Source of the DNA: an uncultured Chloroflexia bacterium
GTDB taxonomy: Bacteria; Chloroflexota; Chloroflexia; Thermomicrobiales; UBA6265
NCBI GenBank assembly: GCA_963724295.1
Contig: CAVRUC010000011.1
Coordinates: 64,001-128,000 of the forward strand
Length of the DNA: 64,000 nucleotides
Reading direction: 5' to 3'
Shown here piece after piece: positions 1 through 11,591 of the stretch; the first letter of the stretch is position 1; every line of letters starts with the position of its first letter. The position numbers were made by a program, and so were the translations under genes. The notes under the pieces were generated by a model, which saw only the letters and a list, made by a program, of their open reading frames with translations, did not search any database and was not told the DNA's origin.

Positions 1-762
1 CAGGCGGACAGCGGGTTGGTGGACGCTGGCAAGGCCAATGCGGTTCACGTCGCGCTGGCGCGCCTCCACGGGGCGACCATCCGCGATCAACTCCCGGTGC
101 GCGCCCTGCGGCCGGTACGCGATGCGGTGGAGGTCGAGACTGACGAGGGCGTGTTTGCTGCCGGTCACGTGGTGCTGGCGTGCGGGGCCTGGACCAATAC
201 GCTCCTGGAAAGTCTCAGTATCCATTGGCCGCTCACCGTGACGCAGGAGCAAGTCACGTACTTCGCCACGCCCTACATTCGCGACTTCACCCCCGACCGC
301 TTCCCGATCTGGATCTGGCGGGCGCAAGAGGAGTTTTACGGATTCCCTGTCTATGGCGAAGTGGCGACCAAGGCCGGCCAGGATGTCGGCGGTGATGAGG
401 TGACAGCCGAGACGCGCACGTTCGAGCCGAATGCGCGCACTCACGGGCGGCTCGTCCGCTTTCTGGAGGAGCGCATTCCCCACTTCCTCGGTCCTGAGCT
501 GTATACGAAGACGTGTCTCTACACCATGCCGCCGGATCGTCACTTCGTCATCGACAGGGTGCCGGGTCACCCGCAAATATCCGTCGTTGTCGACGGCGGT
601 CACGCCTTCAAGTTTGCCACCCTCATCGGCCGCATCTTGAGTCAGCTAGCCCTCGACGGGCGGACCGATTATCCGATCGAACCGTTCCGAGCGGATCGCC
701 CAGCGCTCACCGACCCGATGTTTCAGCCGATCTTCCGCAACGAAGCGGTGCTCAGCCGATGA
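1..762 (+). CDS. Monomeric sarcosine oxidase / N-methyltryptophan oxidase-like FAD oxidoreductase (5' part outside window)
   Basis: VVLACGAW, CLYTMPPDRHFVID (candidate flavinylated Cys) and GHAFKFA motifs; adjacent to a homocysteine methyltransferase. Confidence 0.8.
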   Translation, partial: QADSGLVDAGKANAVHVALARLHGATIRDQLPVRALRPVRDAVEVETDEGVFAAGHVVLACGAWTNTLLESLSIHWPLTVTQEQVTYFATPYIRDFTPDRFPIWIWRAQEEFYGFPVYGEVATKAGQDVGGDEVTAETRTFEPNARTHGRLVRFLEERIPHFLGPELYTKTCLYTMPPDRHFVIDRVPGHPQISVVVDGGHAFKFATLIGRILSQLALDGRTDYPIEPFRADRPALTDPMFQPIFRNEAVLSR

Positions 763-817
763 GTTTTCATGCCGGCGCCGGATTGTCCGGCATCTCGTGA
801 ATCGAAGGAGATCGTAC

Positions 818-1873
818 GTGAGTGATACCGCGACCGAGCCCGGACTCGGCCTCCTGGACCGGCTCGAAACTGGTTCGGTCATCTGCGCCGAGGGATACCT
901 CTTCGAGTTCGAGCGACGCGGGTACCTCCAGGCCGGGGCCTTCACTCCTGAGGTCGTGCTGGAGCATCCGGACCTCGTCGCTCAACTCCACCGCGAGTTC
1001 GTCCATGCCGGCTCGGACGTCGTCGAGGCATTTACCTACTACGCGCACCGGGAAAAACTGCGACTCATCGGGAAGGAGCATCTGCTCGAAGCGATGAATC
1101 GCCAGGCCCTGGCCACCGCCGAGATGGTCGCTCGCGAGCATGGCGCGCTCTTCGCCGGTAACGTCTGCAATACCAATGTCTTCACCGGAGACGAAGCATC
1201 GAAACGGACCGCGCGCGCCATGTTCGAGGAGCAGGTCGGCTGGGCAGTGGAAGCGGGGGTGGACTACGTCATTGGTGAGACCTTCTCCTGGGGCGAGGAG
1301 GCACTGGTTGCGCTCGACGTGATCAAGCGGGCCGGTAAGCCCGCGGTCATCACGCTGGCCATGCACCAGGAACCAGTGACGCGCGACGGGTGGTCTCCAG
1401 AGGACGCGTGTTCTCGCCTGGAGGAAGCAGGGGCGGACGTCGTCGGTCTCAACTGCATCCGCGGACCGCGGACGATGATGCCGATGCTCAAAGCTATCCG
1501 AGCGCGGGTCAAGGGGCACGTGGCGGCGCTACCGGTGCCCTACCGGACTCACGATGACGAGCCAACATTCCAGTCGCTGCGTGATCCCGAATATCCGTCG
1601 AATCCAACGGGCCGACCATTTCCCACGGCACTGGATCCGTTCATGTGTACCCGCTACGAGATCGCCGACTTCGCGCGGGACGCCTCCGCTCTCGGGATTC
1701 GCTACCTCGGGGTGTGCTGCGGCGCGGGTCCGCACCACATTCGGAGCATGGCTGAGGCGCTTGGCCGCACACCGCCGGCCAGCCGCTACACCGCTGACAT
1801 GTCCAAGCACGCCTTCCTGGGGACTGATCCGAGCCTCAAGCAGGAGAACCGAGCGTACGCGACGAACTTGTAG
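818..1873 (+). CDS. Homocysteine S-methyltransferase family protein (betaine-homocysteine methyltransferase-like)
   Basis: LHREFVHAGSDV, VGLNC and GVCCG zinc-ligand motifs; AAGGAG RBS before GTG at 818. Confidence 0.88.
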   Translation: MSDTATEPGLGLLDRLETGSVICAEGYLFEFERRGYLQAGAFTPEVVLEHPDLVAQLHREFVHAGSDVVEAFTYYAHREKLRLIGKEHLLEAMNRQALATAEMVAREHGALFAGNVCNTNVFTGDEASKRTARAMFEEQVGWAVEAGVDYVIGETFSWGEEALVALDVIKRAGKPAVITLAMHQEPVTRDGWSPEDACSRLEEAGADVVGLNCIRGPRTMMPMLKAIRARVKGHVAALPVPYRTHDDEPTFQSLRDPEYPSNPTGRPFPTALDPFMCTRYEIADFARDASALGIRYLGVCCGAGPHHIRSMAEALGRTPPASRYTADMSKHAFLGTDPSLKQENRAYATNL

Positions 1874-2083
1874 TCTGGGACAAGATCGTCGAGCCCTGAG
1901 CGGCCTGGGCATTCCCCACCGGATCGCCGTCCGTACGTGATGGCCCGACGGCAGACCCAAGCGTCATGCCACGGGTGTAGACTTCCCGCTCGATCCTCAT
2001 CCTTCGTGTCGCGTCGTGCTACCCGGCCTTGCCAACGTCGCTCTTAGGAGTGGCCGAGCCAGGCCTCTCGAGAGGAGGATGCC

Positions 2084-3067
2084 GTGGTCCGTGCCTCGAC
2101 CCTGCTGGCCTTATTCGCCGCCATCACCCTCATCGTGGGTCTCGGCGGGGCAGTGAACGCCCAGGGCACGCCCACCGGGGCCACGCCCATCCCGGACAAC
2201 CTGGAGCCCCCGGCGGACTCCGTCCTGCTCTTCACGCTCGAGGCTCGTGGCGTCCAGATCTACGTCTGTGAGGCCGACTCCAACGACGCCACTTCGTTCG
2301 TCTGGACCTTCCAGGCGCCGGAGGCCGAGCTGCTCAACGAGCGCGGCGACGTCGTGGGGAGCCATTTCGCCGGTCCGACCTGGCAGGGCCAGGACGGCAG
2401 TGCGGTCATTGGCTCAGTGCTCGAGCGCGCCGCTGCGCTGGATGCGGGAGCGATCCCCTGGCTCCTGCTTGAAGCAAAGGATCACGCGGGCAGCGGAGCT
2501 TTCTCGACGATCACGCACATCCAACGACTCGACACCGTCGGCGGAGTCGCCCCGACCGACGGCTGCGACGAGGCTCATGCCGGTGAGGAAGTGCGTGCAC
2601 CGTATGAGGCAACCTACGCCTTCTTCTATCCAGCCGCCATGACCGCTACACCTGGCACCGGTACGACAGCGGAACAGACCGGCTCCGTCACTATTCGGGT
2701 GTATGCGTGCCCGGCGGAGATGAACGAAGCCGCGGCACAGGGGCAGCTCGATCAGGCCGCGCTCCTGGCGAGTTGCACGCCCCTGGACACTCCGGAGCTG
2801 GCCCCGACATTGAGCATGCTTCCAGATGGTGAGCAACCAATGGCAGGGACAGCGACCGAGCCAGGCGTCTACGACTGGGATGGTTTGGCGTTCGGCGATT
2901 ACGTGATCGGCGTCATTGGCGAGATGCCCGCGAACCTGGCCAGTCTACGGGTTACGGATGCCAGCGGAAATCCACTGCAGAATCCCGTACTCGGACTCGA
3001 CGAGCTGTCACCGCACGTGGATTACTTCTACTTCTACTTCCTGGCCGAGGGGACTCCGGCTGCCTAG
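2084..3067 (+). CDS. Secreted DUF3455-like protein with an extra C-terminal domain
   Basis: N-terminal signal peptide; ARGVQIYVC, APEAELL, HFAGPTW, AIPWLLL, IQRLDTVGGVAP pattern; GGAGG RBS. Confidence 0.75.
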   Translation: MVRASTLLALFAAITLIVGLGGAVNAQGTPTGATPIPDNLEPPADSVLLFTLEARGVQIYVCEADSNDATSFVWTFQAPEAELLNERGDVVGSHFAGPTWQGQDGSAVIGSVLERAAALDAGAIPWLLLEAKDHAGSGAFSTITHIQRLDTVGGVAPTDGCDEAHAGEEVRAPYEATYAFFYPAAMTATPGTGTTAEQTGSVTIRVYACPAEMNEAAAQGQLDQAALLASCTPLDTPELAPTLSMLPDGEQPMAGTATEPGVYDWDGLAFGDYVIGVIGEMPANLASLRVTDASGNPLQNPVLGLDELSPHVDYFYFYFLAEGTPAA

Positions 3068-3375
3068 CGTGACGCGAAGTTCTTCGCCGGGACGTGGTCA
3101 TTCCTCTGCAAGTGAAAGTCATCCGGCGCCACGCACTTCGTGCGGGTCGGGAACTGCTCCCGGCCCTCCCGGCGACGAATTCCGCATGGTGTGATTGTGC
3201 CCTGGTTATCAGCCCCGTATTTCTCAAGGTCGCGGCGTTGCCTTCAGGCACAATTTGCTCGTGTGGAAGACGAAATCGGGCGTTCCCCCGTTGGCTCGAC
3301 CAAGAAGAGAGTCTTTCCGGACAGTCTCAGGCAAAGTCGTTTATGAGGCAGGTAGTGGCCAACACCAGATGGGAC

Positions 3376-5749
3376 TCAATCGTCGCCGAGCGACTCGGCT
3401 TCATCGATGATGCGCTCCAGTGGTAGCGCGCGACCCGCGTCCCAAGCCGCATGAAAGGTCTCCTCAGCCAACTCGCTCCGGGTCGGCGGCGAGGTCCCGC
3501 TCGTAGTGTGTCCACTCTGCCGGCGCGAGCGGAACACCCAGGGTCTCACGCAGCGCCGCCACCGCCCCATACAACCGTGCCGCCAGCAGAAACTGCCCAC
3601 GATCGCAGGCAATTGCCGCGAGTTCGGACACGGCCCTGACCATGATCTCCTTGTCTCCCAGTCGCGCGTTACTGGCTAGACTCTGGCGAATCAAGGCGAT
3701 CGCGCGTGCGTCATCTCCTTGAGCGCGGGCGGCGCGCCCGAGTTGGATCAGTGCCCAGGCAACGCCCCACGCGTCGCCGCGGTCACGCCAAATGGCCAGC
3801 GCCTCTTCGCCCAACGTCTGGGCTTCCGCGGGATTGCCCTGGGCCACGGCGATGTCCCCAAGGCGGGTCAGTTCAATGGCCACCCCGTGCTGATAGCCTA
3901 TCTCTCGTTCCAGTGTGAGCGATGCTTGGTGATATGCTCGCGCCTGCTCCAGCTCGCCGCGATCGAAAGCAGTGAACCCCAGCAAGAAAAGCGCCGAGGC
4001 CATCGTGTCGCGATCGCCGGCCGCACGAGCGACGCCAGTGCTTCCTCGCCCATCGCGACAGCGTCCCCGTAGGCGCCCTGAATGCGGGCGAAGTACCCCG
4101 CGTCGACCAGCGCCCGCGGGCGCAGGGCGGAGCGGTTCACCGGGATCGGGCAGCGCGAGCGCCCGCTCGAGCCAGAGCCGGCCCTGCTCGAGGTGACTGT
4201 GCATCCACCAAAAGCGCCAGCAGGCATGCGCTAGTTTCAGCGCGATTTCGACCTTCCCCTCCTCGGTTGCCCATGTCAGCGCGGCGCGCAGATTGTCATG
4301 GTCCGCTTCCAGGCGGTCGAGCGTTGCCGGACCATCGGGGCTGTGCAGCCGGTCCTGCACTGCTTCCAGAAGCGCCAGGTAGAATCCGGCATGAGCCTGG
4401 CGGATCGTCCCCGCCTCACCGCTGATCTCCAGGCGCTCCATGGCGTACTCGCGCACCGTCTCCAGCATGGCGAAGCGCGCCTCTCCAGTGTCGTCGGGCG
4501 CGGTCGGCTCCTGCAGCCGCAGCAAGCTTTGGTCGAATAGGGTCGCGAGGCCGTCCAGGACGGTTCCCGGCGCGCCGGACGCGCCCGCGCCACCTGTGGC
4601 GACCACCTCCGCCGCCTCGAACGTGAAACCGCCGGCGAAGACAGCCAGACGGCGGAACAAGGTTTGCTCCTGGGTGCTCAGGAGATCATGGCTCCAGGCG
4701 ATCGTGTCGCGCATCGTGCGCTGACGATCCGGGGCGTCGCGGGGACCCTCGCTGAGAAGGGGTAGCCGCCGCTCCAGCCGGGTCAGCAGGGCTGCCGGGG
4801 GGAGGAGCTTGACGCGCACCGCGGCGAGCTCGAGCGCCAGCGGCAGCCCTTCCACCCGCCGACAGATCTCCGCCACCGGCGCCGCCGTCACCTCCGTCAG
4901 GGCGAACGCGGGTGCCGCCGCTTGGGCGCGCTCGACGAACAGGCGTACCGCCGCCACCTCTGCCACCCCTTCCGACGGCGTGCTTGATCCTGCCGCGGGC
5001 ACCGCCAACGGTCCAACCGGCAGCTCGCGCTCTCCACGCAGCCGAAGGCGGGCGCGACTCGTTGCCAGGACGGTCAGGTCGGGACTTGCCGCCAGTAATC
5101 CACCGATAAGCGACATCGCTGGCAACACGTGCTCACAGTTGTCGAGGACGAGCAGCAATTGCCTGCTAGCCACGGCGCTCCTCAGCACGTCGACCAGTGG
5201 CTGCTCGCCACGCTCACGCACACCAAGTGCGCCGGCCACCTCGGCAGGAACGAGCGCCGGGTCACGCAGCGGGGCCAGTTCGACCCAGGTCACCCCGTCG
5301 CGAACGTCCCCCGCCATCTCGCCGGCAATTGCCAGCGCCAGCCGGGTCTTTCCCACCCCACCCGGCCCGGTGAGTGTCAGCAGCCGGGTTTCCGGCTGCC
5401 GCAGCAATGCGCAGATCGCAGCGACTTCCCGTTCGCGACCGACCAGCGGCGTCGGCGGGACAGGCGGAGCAGACAGGCGCAGCGGGACGGAGATCGGTCC
5501 TGAAAGCGCGCCCAGCTCCGGATGCGCCGCCATGACGAGTGCCGCCCGCGTTTCCCCGCTCAGCCCGAGGGCATCGGCCAGAAGACGCACGGTCTCGGCG
5601 CGGGGTGCGCGGCGGACACCCCGTTCCAGATCCTGCACGCCGCGAGCGCTCACCCCGGCCCGCTCTGCCAGCGCCTCCTGGCTGAGCCCTTCGGCGAGCC
5701 GAAAGCGGCGGAGGAGCGTTCCAAACGGCTCGGATGTCGAGTTTGCCAT
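3376..5749 (-). CDS. XRE-HTH / STAND (NB-ARC-like) ATPase / TPR transcriptional regulator, copy 1 (frameshifted near 4.0-4.1 kb and 3.5 kb)
   Basis: [37 protein letters not shown] Walker A; LVLDNCEH Walker [11 protein letters not shown]; typical tail AAWDAGRAL found in frame 3376..3612. Confidence 0.85.
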
Positions 5750-5835
5750 GACAGTGGTTTCGGTTCGCCAGCGACGGCCACCAGGCATCGGTTGCGAGTC
5801 CGCAGTGTAGCGCTTGGCGGCCATGGTGACTTGGT

Positions 5836-5871
5836 CGGTGTGCGATGCGTGCCCGAACGGTGTGCGCTGCG
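5836..5871. promoter_or_regulatory. Direct repeat CGGTGTGCG(A/C)TGCG x2, 22 bp apart; candidate operator
   Basis: Copies start at 5836 and 5858, in the divergent intergenic region 87 bp upstream of regulator 1. Confidence 0.45.
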
Positions 5872-6096
5872 GGTGGTGGGGGCGGCTGGGCCAAGGCAGG
5901 ATGCTGGAGTACCGAGCGTTTGATCGACGGCGATCCGCCACACAGTGGCGCCCGGGTTTGCGACGTGCTGACCTCCGGGTCGTAAGGAGGTGAGAGTTAG
6001 CAAAGCTTTCGATGAACGCCGCGCCTGACAGCGGCAAAACGGTCCAAGCAGAACCTGATCGTACAGACAGCGAAGGACAAGCGAAAGGAGCGCATC

Positions 6097-6657
6097 ATGC
6101 GCCGTGTGATCACAGTGAGCTTGGTTCTTGTGTTGACCCTGATCGGCGTGGCGGTGAGCCAGCCCCGGCTGCTCGCCGCCGAGGAGACGACTCGCGCTCC
6201 TCTGGCAAGCCAGGATCTCAGCCTGGAGCAGGCCCAAGCGGTGGTGACCGCGGCCCTCGCCGCCGCCGAGGAGCAGGGCACGAAGATGGACATCGCCGTC
6301 GTGGATGCCGGTGGCAATCTCAAAGCCTTTGCCCGCATGGATGGCGCCTGGCTGGGTAGCATCGACATCGCCACCACCAAGGCGCGCACCGCCCGCTACT
6401 TCGATCTGCCCACCGAGGAGTTGGGCGCGCTCTCGCAGCCAGGCGGCCCGCTCTACGGCATCGAGGTCTCCAACGGCGGATTGATCACGTTTCCTGGCGG
6501 GCTGCCGCTGAAGGCGGAGGACGGAACGGTGATCGGCGCCATCGGCGTCTCCGGCTCGACGGTCGAGAACGACCGTGCCGTCGCGGCCGCCGGGGCTGGC
6601 AATGCTGGGCGGCCCGAACGTCGATTTGCTGAGCACGGTGCCGGCCTTCTTCGATGA
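6097..6657 (+). CDS. GlcG/HbpS-family heme-binding protein with signal peptide
   Basis: [22 protein letters not shown] and PGGLPL...IGAIGVSG motifs; hydrophobic N-terminus; AAGGAG RBS. Confidence 0.85.
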   Translation: MRRVITVSLVLVLTLIGVAVSQPRLLAAEETTRAPLASQDLSLEQAQAVVTAALAAAEEQGTKMDIAVVDAGGNLKAFARMDGAWLGSIDIATTKARTARYFDLPTEELGALSQPGGPLYGIEVSNGGLITFPGGLPLKAEDGTVIGAIGVSGSTVENDRAVAAAGAGNAGRPERRFAEHGAGLLR

Positions 6658-6721
6658 GAAGTCGGGTGGGGGCGGAGCGCTCGGCGGCGTCGTCAACACG
6701 AAAAAGTAATCCTGAGCGGCG

Positions 6722-6774
6722 ATCCCACCCGGCGTGGTCTTGCGACTGGTCTTGCGACTGACGCCGGGTGGGAT
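6722..6774. terminator. 14-bp perfect inverted repeat downstream of the glcG-like gene; loop contains a 12-bp tandem duplication
   Basis: ATCCCACCCGGCGT ... ACGCCGGGTGGGAT with loop GGTCTTGCGACT x2; no U-tract. Confidence 0.45.
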
Positions 6775-7304
6775 TCGCACCGAGATCTGCGCCGGGTTGG
6801 CTGCCGCACGAGCCGAACCACTTGCGCTACACGATCTGGCGGCATCTCATCAAGTGCCGTTCTGGAGCAGCCGGGCTGAAGACGGTACTTCCGGGTAGGA
6901 GTGCTACGGCCAAAGTGGCCACCAGTTGGCACGATCCGTGCGAGGAGGCCAGCAGCCTGCACTGCCGGTCCCGACCGTCATCCTCAGTTCGCCTCTGGAA
7001 ATGCCTCAGTAGTCTCTCAAAAGACCCTCAGTGAAAATCCTCAATATGACGTCGGGACCGCGCAGGCCACAGGCTGGATAGCACCAGAGCACGCAATTCA
7101 CCGCTTCCTCGCCAGCGCAAGATGACTGGCGTCCGGCCCAGGTCCTTATCGAGGGCGGGGCAAAGGACGCGTCCTTTCCTCCCATCACTCCCTATGCGCT
7201 TCGTAGAGTGCCGGCTGATCGGCGCAGCGTCTCAGCAAGGGTCGTTTCTCAGATAGTTTCGAGCGCCTTTGCCAAAGGGACTGTCTGCGGCAGATTCAGG
7301 ATTA

Positions 7305-9813
7305 TTAAGGTGTCGTTCCCGCGCCTATCTCCTCGGCAATGGCGAGCGCCTCGGTGATGGCTTCCTCCAATGGTGCCATGCGGCCAGCCGGCCAGGCCTG
7401 CTCGAACGCCGCCGCCTCCAACGCGGCATGGGTGTCCTTCGCGATCTTCTCGGCATGGAGCCAACTTCTGATGTGCTCAATTCCAACTGATTCGCGCTCG
7501 GCCTCGATCGCGCCGAGTAACCGCGCCGCCCGCTCCGCTTGGCCGCGCACCAGCGCCACTCCCGCCAACCCAGCCATGGCGCCGAGGAGCGCCGGCGTAT
7601 GGTGGAGACCCTTCGCGTCAGTGATTCCTTCCGCGAACAACCCCGCCGCGCGCGCAAGGTCGCCCTGGCGCAGCGCCGCGTGACCGCGAAGGATGATCAC
7701 GAGCACTATCCACCAGTGCGGATCGGTCTGCCGCAGGCGCGTCAGGGCTTCTTCGAGCATCGGCACGCCCGCCTCGAGGTCGCCCTGCAAGACCAGTTTG
7801 TCCGCCAGTTGGGCCTTTGGATACCATGCGCCTGCGTCCCACCACACCGGGATGGTCGCGGCATAGGCGGCGGCCGCCTGCGCAATATCACCCCGGTCTT
7901 CCCAGACGTACGCGAGCGCCATGTGGGCGAACCCGAGACTCGCTGAATCACCAGATTCCTCGGCCGCTTCAAGCAATTGCTGGGCATGGAACAAGGCCGC
8001 TTCGTGATTGCCCTGGGCACCGTTCCCGGTGGATAAGAGCCAATGTGCCAGCACCCGGTCGCGCACGGGGGCATCTGGAGCCGCGGCGAGCGCTGCCTCC
8101 AACCAGCGGTGGAGCTCCGCATAGCTCACGAGCCGTTGGGTCCAGAAATCCTCTGTCGCCACCAGAAGCCGCAATGCCTCGCTTCGCCTTCCCACCCGCG
8201 AGCAGCCAATTGACGGCGGCACGCAGGTTGGCCAGCTCCTCGTCGAGCCGGACCACCCACGCGGGCGAGATATCGCCCCCGAATTCGGCCGGCTCGGCCT
8301 GCTCGGCCAGGGCCAGGCACCAGGCGGCCAGCCGGTCTCGGGTGGCATCGCTCTCGCCGCTATCCGCTAATTGTTCCAGCCCGTACTCACGGACCGTCTC
8401 CAACATGCGGAAGCGGGGCTCACTCTCAGCTCCCTCCTCCTGGCGCAATAGACTCCCGTCGACGAGCGAGGCAATGCCGCAGAAGACGAAGGGGGTGTCG
8501 CTGGCTCAGGGGGTGTCGGTCGCTGCGCTCCCGCAGGGGGTGAAGGAGAACGAGTAAGATTGCCGACGGCCTCGTCTTCCCCCTGAGCCGAAGGCGACAC
8601 CCCTTGAGACGGTGAAACCGCCGGCTCCCCCTGAGGCGAAGCCGACACCCCCTGAACGGAGTGGCACCCCCACCCATTCGGCCGCCTCCAGGGTGCACCC
8701 ACCAGGGAAGACGGCCAGCTGGCGGAAGAGAGTTTGCTCCTCGGATGAGAGGAGATCGTGGCTCCACGCAATCGTATTCCGCATTGTTTGCTGCCGTGCC
8801 GGGAGGGTGCGAGCCCCTCCGGTCAGGAGCGGCAACCGCTGCTCCAGGCGCCTGAGCAGCGCCTGGGGAGGGAAGAGTTTGACCCGCGCGGCGGCAAGCT
8901 CGAGGGCCAGCGGAAGACCGTCTAACCTCCGACAGATCCCGGCTACCGCCGGGGCGTTGTCAGCGGTGAGCGCAAAGTGTGGGCGAACGGCCTGGACGCG
9001 GTCGACGAAGAATGCGACCGCTTCGCTCGCCGCCAGCAAGGCAAGATCATCGTTGGTGCTTGCTGCTGGCAGGCCGAGGGAGGGTACCAGGTACTCCTGC
9101 TCGCCCGGCAGCCGCAACGGGGCACGGCTCGTCACTAGAATCGTGGTGCGCTGCGCCGCGGACAGAAACTCGACCACGACCGGAGCCGCGTTGAGAACGT
9201 GCTCGAAGTTGTCGAGGATGAGCAGCATCTCCCGCGCGGCCAGGTAGCGCTGCACGGTCGCAATGAGTGGCTGTCCACCAGTCTCACGCACGTTGAGCGT
9301 AGCGGCGACTTCCGGCAAAACGAGTCCAGGATCGCTCAGCGGCGCCAGATCGACAAAGACGACCCCATCGGCGAACTGCGCTGCGAGCCGACTCCCGACC
9401 GCGAGCGCCAGGCGCGTCTTGCCTATGCCCCCGGGACCCGTCAACGTGACCAGCCGACTCTTGACGGGCCCCAGCAGAGACACCAAATCCGCCAGTTCCC
9501 GCTCGCGCCCGACGAGGGGCGCTAGGGGTAGCGGGAGCGGAGCATGACTCGGCAAAGCGACCTCAGTCGAACCAGCGGAGGTCGCGGGTCGCGCGGCGGT
9601 GAGGAGTGCCTCCCGGTCGGCCGGAGAGAGAGCGAGGCCGTCGGCCAGCAGACGGACCGTGGAGAGGTGCGGCGCGCGGCGTGCCCCGCGCTCCAGGTCG
9701 CTAATGCCGCGGGCGCTCAGCCCGGCACGCTGAGCAAGCTGCTCCTGCGACAGGGCGGCCTTAAGTCGTAGTCGCCGCAATTCCGTACCGAACGACGCTG
9801 GTTCACCGCTCAT
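7305..9813 (-). CDS. XRE-HTH / STAND ATPase / TPR regulator, copy 2 (palindromic insert with in-frame TGA at 8506-8508; frameshift near 8.19 kb)
   Basis: [55 protein letters not shown]-like tail. Confidence 0.82.
8489..8672. repeat. Multi-unit palindromic element (core TCAGGGGGTGTCG / CGACACCCCCTGA) inside a coding sequence
   Basis: About 3 forward units at 8489-8546 and 4-5 inverted units at 8575-8672; absent from paralogs 1 and 3. Confidence 0.7.
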
Positions 9814-9899
9814 GGCCCCAGTCCGATCACCGGTCTGGCTCAATAAGGGCATCGGGAGAGCGCATACGCAGTGTAGGGCATCCTCATCGTCCGCTGAGG

Positions 9900-9932
9900 T
9901 GGGGAACGCGTGGGGAACGCGTGGGGAACGCG
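9900..9932. promoter_or_regulatory. Perfect 11-bp tandem repeat TGGGGAACGCG x3; candidate activator site
   Basis: Seen directly; 87 bp upstream of regulator 2 start; TAGGCT -10-like hexamer at 9958-9963 facing the divergent gene. Confidence 0.65.
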
Positions 9933-10025
9933 TCTGGTTTTCCGGTGGCCGCCAGCGTAGGCTAGGATCGGTCAGTACGGATCCAGCGCCAGAAGAAGAT
10001 CACTCGGACCAGGACAGGAGCGTGC

Positions 10026-11464
10026 ATGATGCGTCATCCCAGTCACTCGTCATTCGTCCCGTCGCTTCACCTCTCACGCCGAGCTCTCGTCGGCTCCGGA
10101 TTGGCCGCGACTGCCCTCTGGAGACTCGGATCTCCAGCGAGCGTAGCGGCTCGGCAAGATGGCTCCGGCGATCCACTCAGCTGGAAGCCCTGGCTGCTCG
10201 AGAGCGTCGATGAACTCCGTCCCCCGCTCCCTCTGACCCGACTCAGGCCGAGATCGACGAGCTGGTTGACTTCCAGAGCCGGCGGTCGGACGAGACCACC
10301 GCCACGGTGATGCGGTGGAGCGGCCAGCCCGTGGTCATCCCCTGGGTGGATCTGGGACTCGATCTCGGAGATGAGTTTGGACTCTCCGGACCGCGTACGG
10401 CGCGCGCTCAGGCGCTGCTGCGAACAGCCCTCTATGACACGGTGCTCGCCACCCTTGATGCGCAGGGAGCCTACGCGCGCGAGGCTCCCTCCGCAGCCGA
10501 CTCGAGCCTCACGCCGATGGAGGGTGTAGCCACTGATGGCGCCTCCTTCCCGTCTCTGCACGCCGCCGTGGCGGGGGCTGCGAGCACGGTGCTGACCTAC
10601 CTCTTCCCGGACGCGGAGGCGGGCCGTTTCGAGGCCTTGGCGAAGGAGGCCGCCGAGACCCCCCTCTGGGCTGGTGCGAACTACCCGAGCGACGTCGAAG
10701 CCGGCCTGGCCCTCGGAGAGGCGATCGGAGAGCGGGCGGTGGCCCGGGGCGAGGCCGACGGCTCGGATGCCACGTGGGATGGGAGTGGCCGGTTGACAGG
10801 TGAGGGCTATTGGGAGCCGACTCCTCCCGGGTTCGTCGAGAAGCCGGTCGAGCCGCTGGCTGGAACCTGGGAGACCTGGGTGCTCTCCGGTGGGGATGCC
10901 GTACGCCCAGCGCCGCCACCGGAGTACGGAACGCCTCTCTGGCAAGCTGAGCTCGAGGCGGTCCAGGAGGCGACGTCGAACCGCACGCTCGAGCAAGTGC
11001 GGATCGTGCAGTACTGGGCCGACAAAGGACCGTTCCGCTCGTTCACCGAGTACGCCCTCGATTTGATAGAGCGGAATCGACTGGATGATGCCCATACGGC
11101 ACGCGTCCTGGCGCTGATGAGCGTCGCTCAGGCTGACGCGGTTATCGCCGTCTGGGATGCCAAATACACGTGGTGGACCTCGCGCCCGATCACCGAAGAC
11201 CCGGACCTTGACATGCTGCTGCCCACCCCGCCGTACCCGTCATACCCGTCGGGCTTCTCCGCGGTCGTGGGGTCCGCGGCGGTGGTCCTGGCGCACCTGT
11301 TCCCCCGTGCCGAGGTCGATCTGCTGGAGAGCGCGGCCGAGGCGGCTGCCCAGCGCTGCTGGTCAGGTATCCACTACCCGCTCGACGACGATATCGGGCT
11401 GGAGATGGGCTATCAGGTCGGGCGCCTGGTCAACTCCGTCGCGCGCGCAGATGGCGCCGCGTAA
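10026..11464 (+). CDS. Tat-exported PAP2 / vanadium-haloperoxidase-like protein with two PAP2-like domains (frameshift near 10230)
   Basis: SRRALV twin-arginine signal; WDAKY-x5-RP, PSYPSGFS and RCWSGIHY motifs; first domain SFPSLHA...AGANYPSDVEAG. Confidence 0.75.
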
Positions 11465-11591
11465 AGAGATTTCCTACCCAGCTCCTGGGCACTATCTCCC
11501 GGGCGGTTGTCGGCGAGGAGCGTAAGAGGAGACTCACCGCAGGGTCCGGTCGACGATAAGGAAACCGTAGGGCCGTGCCAGGAGTCCAACT

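Noticed and set aside
6780..7300. Short ORFs or a transposase remnant
   Set aside because: No convincing motif, terminal repeats or RBS
8489..8672. CRISPR array or IS element
   Set aside because: Units are short, degenerate and inverted; no transposase and no regular spacers
9900..9932. CRISPR repeat fragment (GTGGGGAAC resembles type I-E repeat ends)
   Set aside because: 11-bp units are contiguous with no spacers, and there are no cas genes
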